A DNA stretch of 64,000 bases from Lingula anatina (taxonomy: Eukaryota; Animalia; Brachiopoda). Each line of letters begins with the position of its first letter. The stretch's first letter is position 1. Below the pieces are notes generated by a model. That model searched no databases. It saw only the letters and a list, made by a program, of their open reading frames with translations, and was not told the origin of the DNA. The translations under genes were made by a program, and so were the position numbers. Shown piece by piece: positions 60,614 through 64,000 of this stretch. The stretch lies in NCBI GenBank assembly GCA_051362555.1, contig CM120643.1, positions 18,108,848 to 18,172,847 of the forward strand. Direction: 5' to 3'.

Positions 60614-63600
60614 ACTGATAAAAAAGTAATGCTGACTGTATAGAGGGGATCTGATGTGGGGAGTGAGGAGGGGAAAACTGAAAGATATAGATCGCATTCA
60701 CAACGAGCTGAGCCATGGCTTTACAAATCCTGGGACTAAATATGGCGGACGTACATGAAAGAAAAACTGCCTAATCTTTTAATAGTCTCTCCGCCTCTCA
60801 CACGCCTCCCCATGTGTCGTCCCAATGGAGCTGAGATTTAATGACCGTACCCCCGCAGGGACGAAGCATGGGGAGGCGTGTGAGAGGCGGAGAGACTATT
60901 AAAAGATTAGGCGGTTTTTCTTTCATGTACGTCTGCCATATTTAGTTCCAGGATTTGTAAAGCCATGGCTCAACTCGTTGTGAATGCGATCATAGTGACA
61001 GCAATGAGTTCCAGCTCCTTAGTGACAGAAATACATACTGTATGTTGGGGTACCAATACATCTTCTTTAAATATAATTGTAACATTAACAAATGTTATGA
61101 GCATCATCCTGCATTAGTATAAATCAAAGTCCTAGAACTCACCCATCTTCACACACTTCACACACGCCCAGAGGGGTCAACAGGTACACATAGTTGATCT
61201 GGGCAAAGTCCTTTTCCTAAATTTAGATTGAAAAAAAAATCTATAAGTAAAAAGAAACACTGCAAATGATTATTTGCCTAACTGGATTTATATATACTTC
61301 ACACCATGACCCATAAACTAAATAGCAAAGATTCATATGTTTAACAGTAATCGTTGAAAGGGGCCTTATACTTACCCTATTATATTCTAGGTCTCCTTGC
61401 TTGCTTCCAAGCTTCAATCTTTTCACTGCCAAATATTTCCCTTTCAGAGGACCATCATATGGATATACACCTGTTACATAAGACTCAATTAGTATTAAAC
61501 AGCAAACAATTCTGTACAGCGAAACAAGCTTTGCCATCCACACCTGTCTATCATTCAATTACTTGAAAATTCCACTAGAGAAATTTATATTCCCATTAAA
61601 AGATATAGTTACTACTAGCAGGCTTTCATCTGCAAAAGTGTCAAATCACAACATGGTAATGAGCATTAAATAAATAGATACAAGTTTCCAAGTGTCAATC
61701 ATAGATGTACCTGTAAAAACGCCCCCAAATCCACATTCCTCATCTGTGGCAATACAGTTTTTTGGTGCAAAATTTTCAGTGATCTTCTGCAAATGTTTGT
61801 ATTCAAAGTAGTAAATGTTTTCTACGTCTGAAAAAATGGGCACAGAGTCCTCTTCTTCAACCTTTGGTTCTGTTGCTGGTGTCAGTGATGATGATGTTAC
61901 TGTAGTTGAATTTTCTCCTCCCTCATTACTGGGCAGTTCTGAGACCCCTCCATTTAGGTTTAACTTAGCATTTTCTGATGGAATCGTTGACCCGCTTTCC
62001 AAATTATCCACAATCCCCGAATCCCCTCCTTGTGAAAAATTAGAAACAAGTTGAATTCCGCTTTGATCTATACTGATGTCTTCTCCCTTTGTATCGCCAG
62101 GAAATTTCACAAATGTCTGGCTTGCATTGTCAGGAGTTGGGGTCAAGGTCTCTTCAAGGTCAAGGTCAGTGGTTTCAATGTCCATATTTGGTGGGTCTGA
62201 TGAGGGAAATTTGTAAGGCTCATCTTCATTGGTTACTGATTGAAGAGTGTTATATGCATCCTCATTGGCTGCAGGATGGTCAGTATTTTGAAATACTTCC
62301 AGTGACAGGTCACTCACGGGACGTTGGTTTGATAAGGTGCTGCTAGGTGTCTCTGGGATACTGCTTATGGAACTCGCAGGACTTTGGGTTCCAGTTCCTG
62401 AATCACTTGGGCGCAAAAATGGGCCACTTTCATCAGAAGACCCTGCAACATGAGAAGAAAGAGTGTGACTAGAATTTTAAAAATCTACAGGTTTATTTAA
62501 CATTAGTATCAATGATTATTCTCAAACTTCAATGCTCTTTGACAGTGCACAACTGCACTAGTCTAGTTATATACATACTTTCAATTCCTTTTGACATGAA
62601 ACAGTTGTACTGTACTGCATTTTTAATCAACAATGTCAACTCAGTTAAACTTCACTACTAATTCATAAAATGAGTTCTGAGATTTCGACATATTTCTAAA
62701 ATGTTGACATATACCTAAAATAATCATTATCTATCTTTTTTCTACAATAAGGTGTTGTATGATAAAAAGCAGTATCTACATAATCAATAAATTGACAATG
62801 TGTCGAAATTGTGATGTTTGTGATGTTGTAGAAAGTGTAGCACTGTCAGACCAAATTGGGGGGGGGGGGGGGGGGGGGGGGGGAGGGGAGGGGGATTATC
62901 TGTTCTACTATCTCCACCATATGCCCCAATCACAGTGTTAGATGATAGTTTGCAATTCCTTAGACAAATCAGTTATTATCTCAGTTTTAAGTATTTGGCC
63001 AATCACTGAAACAATTGTACAATTATCTTTAAGTTATCAAATTCTCTGATGTGTGTTTTAGACAAAGTGTGGCAGTATGAAGTCTGCAGATATCCTCGAC
63101 AACCTACCGCTGAAACTTCTTGGCAGTTGATGCTTTGTCAGTTTATCAATGTAGAATTCACAAGTTTCCTGCAAGTAATATAGTCAAAAAGATTCTTTTG
63201 AGCATTTACCTCACGTTTCCTGTAAGTACGAACATTCAATCAGATTATTACCCTTAATTCATTATTACTTCTATCATTTTGAAAAAAAAGTTCTTTAAAA
63301 AAGAACAATAAATCTTCTTTAAGTTCATGCACAATCAAATAGTTAACAAATAACAGGTTTTAATAGTAATAGCAGGAAGAAGGGAGGCTGGGGTAGCACT
63401 AACACTCGCCAATTTAGCCAAATGCTAACACTGACTTAAATTGGCTAAAGAAAAAGGGCTAGATTTGACATGTTTTAGCCAAATTATAGCCATTTTAATA
63501 ACAAATTGACAAAAGTGTGGTGATATGGCTAAGCGAAAAAAATTGCAAGCGCTACCCCAGGGAGGGAATAATGAAGGGAGGAATGGACTAAAAAAGAATT

Positions 63601-63734
63601 CATCATTGGATGTAAAAGACATTATAGATGTCTTCTCATACTTACCCCAGGGTATTTCTGTATATATCTTTTAATAAGCTTTCTGGTAAATCCCATTTCT
63701 CTCAACCTTTTACTCATTTCATCATCTGCTGGTG
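54625..63734 (-). CDS. Multidomain protein: UBA-like + low-complexity linker + Pelle/IRAK-type kinase + RING-like finger + FAM111-type trypsin-like serine protease (5' end not identified, probably beyond the window)
   Basis: 14 exons in transcription order: 63734-63646, 63168-63108, 62442-61711, 61470-61376, 61216-61143, 60488-60345, 60017-59884, 59443-59354, 58762-58620, 58472-58353, 58004-57908, 56451-56335, 55822-55607, 55253-54625. All introns are GT-AG, all phases are compatible and there are no internal stops (2741 nt). Confidence 0.85.
56335..58004 (-). CDS. Two exons (57908-58004, 56335-56451) encoding a RING-like zinc finger
   Basis: CLYCLVQDVAITPMTCGCRFLCDVCLRQRVEVNKQVICVKH: CxxC...CxC...CxxC...CxxH ligand spacing. 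Confidence 0.72.
58117..58172. repeat. (AT)n microsatellite
   Basis: Visible directly in the sequence. Confidence 0.9.
58353..61470 (-). CDS. Seven exons of the Pelle/IRAK-family kinase domain
   Basis: YLAVKRL; EYNREKD; CLVYILMPGSDL; LMNWKHRLRISAQLANAVLFLQ; IYHRDIKSANVFLD; DLGFAR; GYQDPDY; KTDCYGLGVVFLELLT; CLRKDPDDRFTVQEV. Confidence 0.92.
60690..60991. mobile_element. Young palindromic MITE (~125-bp arms) in a kinase-gene intron
   Basis: GATCGCATTCACAACGAG...GCCTCCCCATG and its near-perfect reverse complement; ATA on both flanks. Confidence 0.88.
61711..62442 (-). CDS. Large exon: Ser/Thr/acidic linker and kinase start
   Basis: ...YYFEYKHLQKITENFAPKNCIATDEECGFGGVFTG; matches the IRAK/Pelle F-x-Y-x-x-L-x-x-x-T-x-N-F pre-kinase motif. 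Confidence 0.88.
63108..63734 (-). CDS. Two exons (63646-63734, 63108-63168) encoding a UBA-like segment
   Basis: DEMSKRLREMGFTRKLIKRYIQKYPG|ETCEFYIDKL; MGF loop typical of UBA domains. Confidence 0.6.
63388..63560. mobile_element. MITE copy 2 (opposite orientation to 21281-21453)
   Basis: CTGGGGTAGCACTAACACTCGCCAATTTAGCCAAATGCTAA...GCGCTACCCCAG. Confidence 0.8.
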
Positions 63735-64000
63735 CTTGAACAAAAATGGGAAAAATGATTCATTAATCTATCCATTTATGAACTAACTTGATCTGTCTTA
63801 TTCTTTTAAATAATTTTCAACATTTCTTCATATCATCAGTTATCATTTTTCTTACTGGCTCTATTTAGTCAATTAGCTATAAATACTAAATGAGTTTCAT
63901 TTTATGCTTTTCTATAATATCAATAACATGATTTTACTCTTATTTTGTTTGGATAAATATAACTCTGTAAACTTACATCCATTTATCAATCTCCCTTTCT

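Overview
AT-rich, intron-rich animal genomic DNA, probably from an invertebrate. The + strand carries a complete 15-exon Spire actin-nucleator gene (354..49671, ~804 aa) with KIND, MyoV-binding motif, 4xWH2, Spir-box and modified FYVE domains; every splice phase joins correctly when traced by hand. The 22.5-kb intron after the last WH2 exon contains an intronless Rab3-like GTPase ORF. It is preceded by a splice acceptor exactly in phase with Spire exon 8, which predicts a 623-aa KIND-WH2x4-Rab-CxC fusion isoform; this is the top finding. The same intron holds a small KH-like ORF. Spire intron 1 contains a ~5.1-kb decayed Kolobok-like DNA transposon with TTAA flanks and two convergent spliced relic genes. 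The - strand at the right end carries a 5'-incomplete 14-exon gene (54625..63734, >=912 aa) with an unusual UBA-like / Pelle-IRAK kinase / RING-like / FAM111-type trypsin protease architecture. Several MITEs and microsatellites are also present. All family calls rest on motif recognition; no database searches were run.
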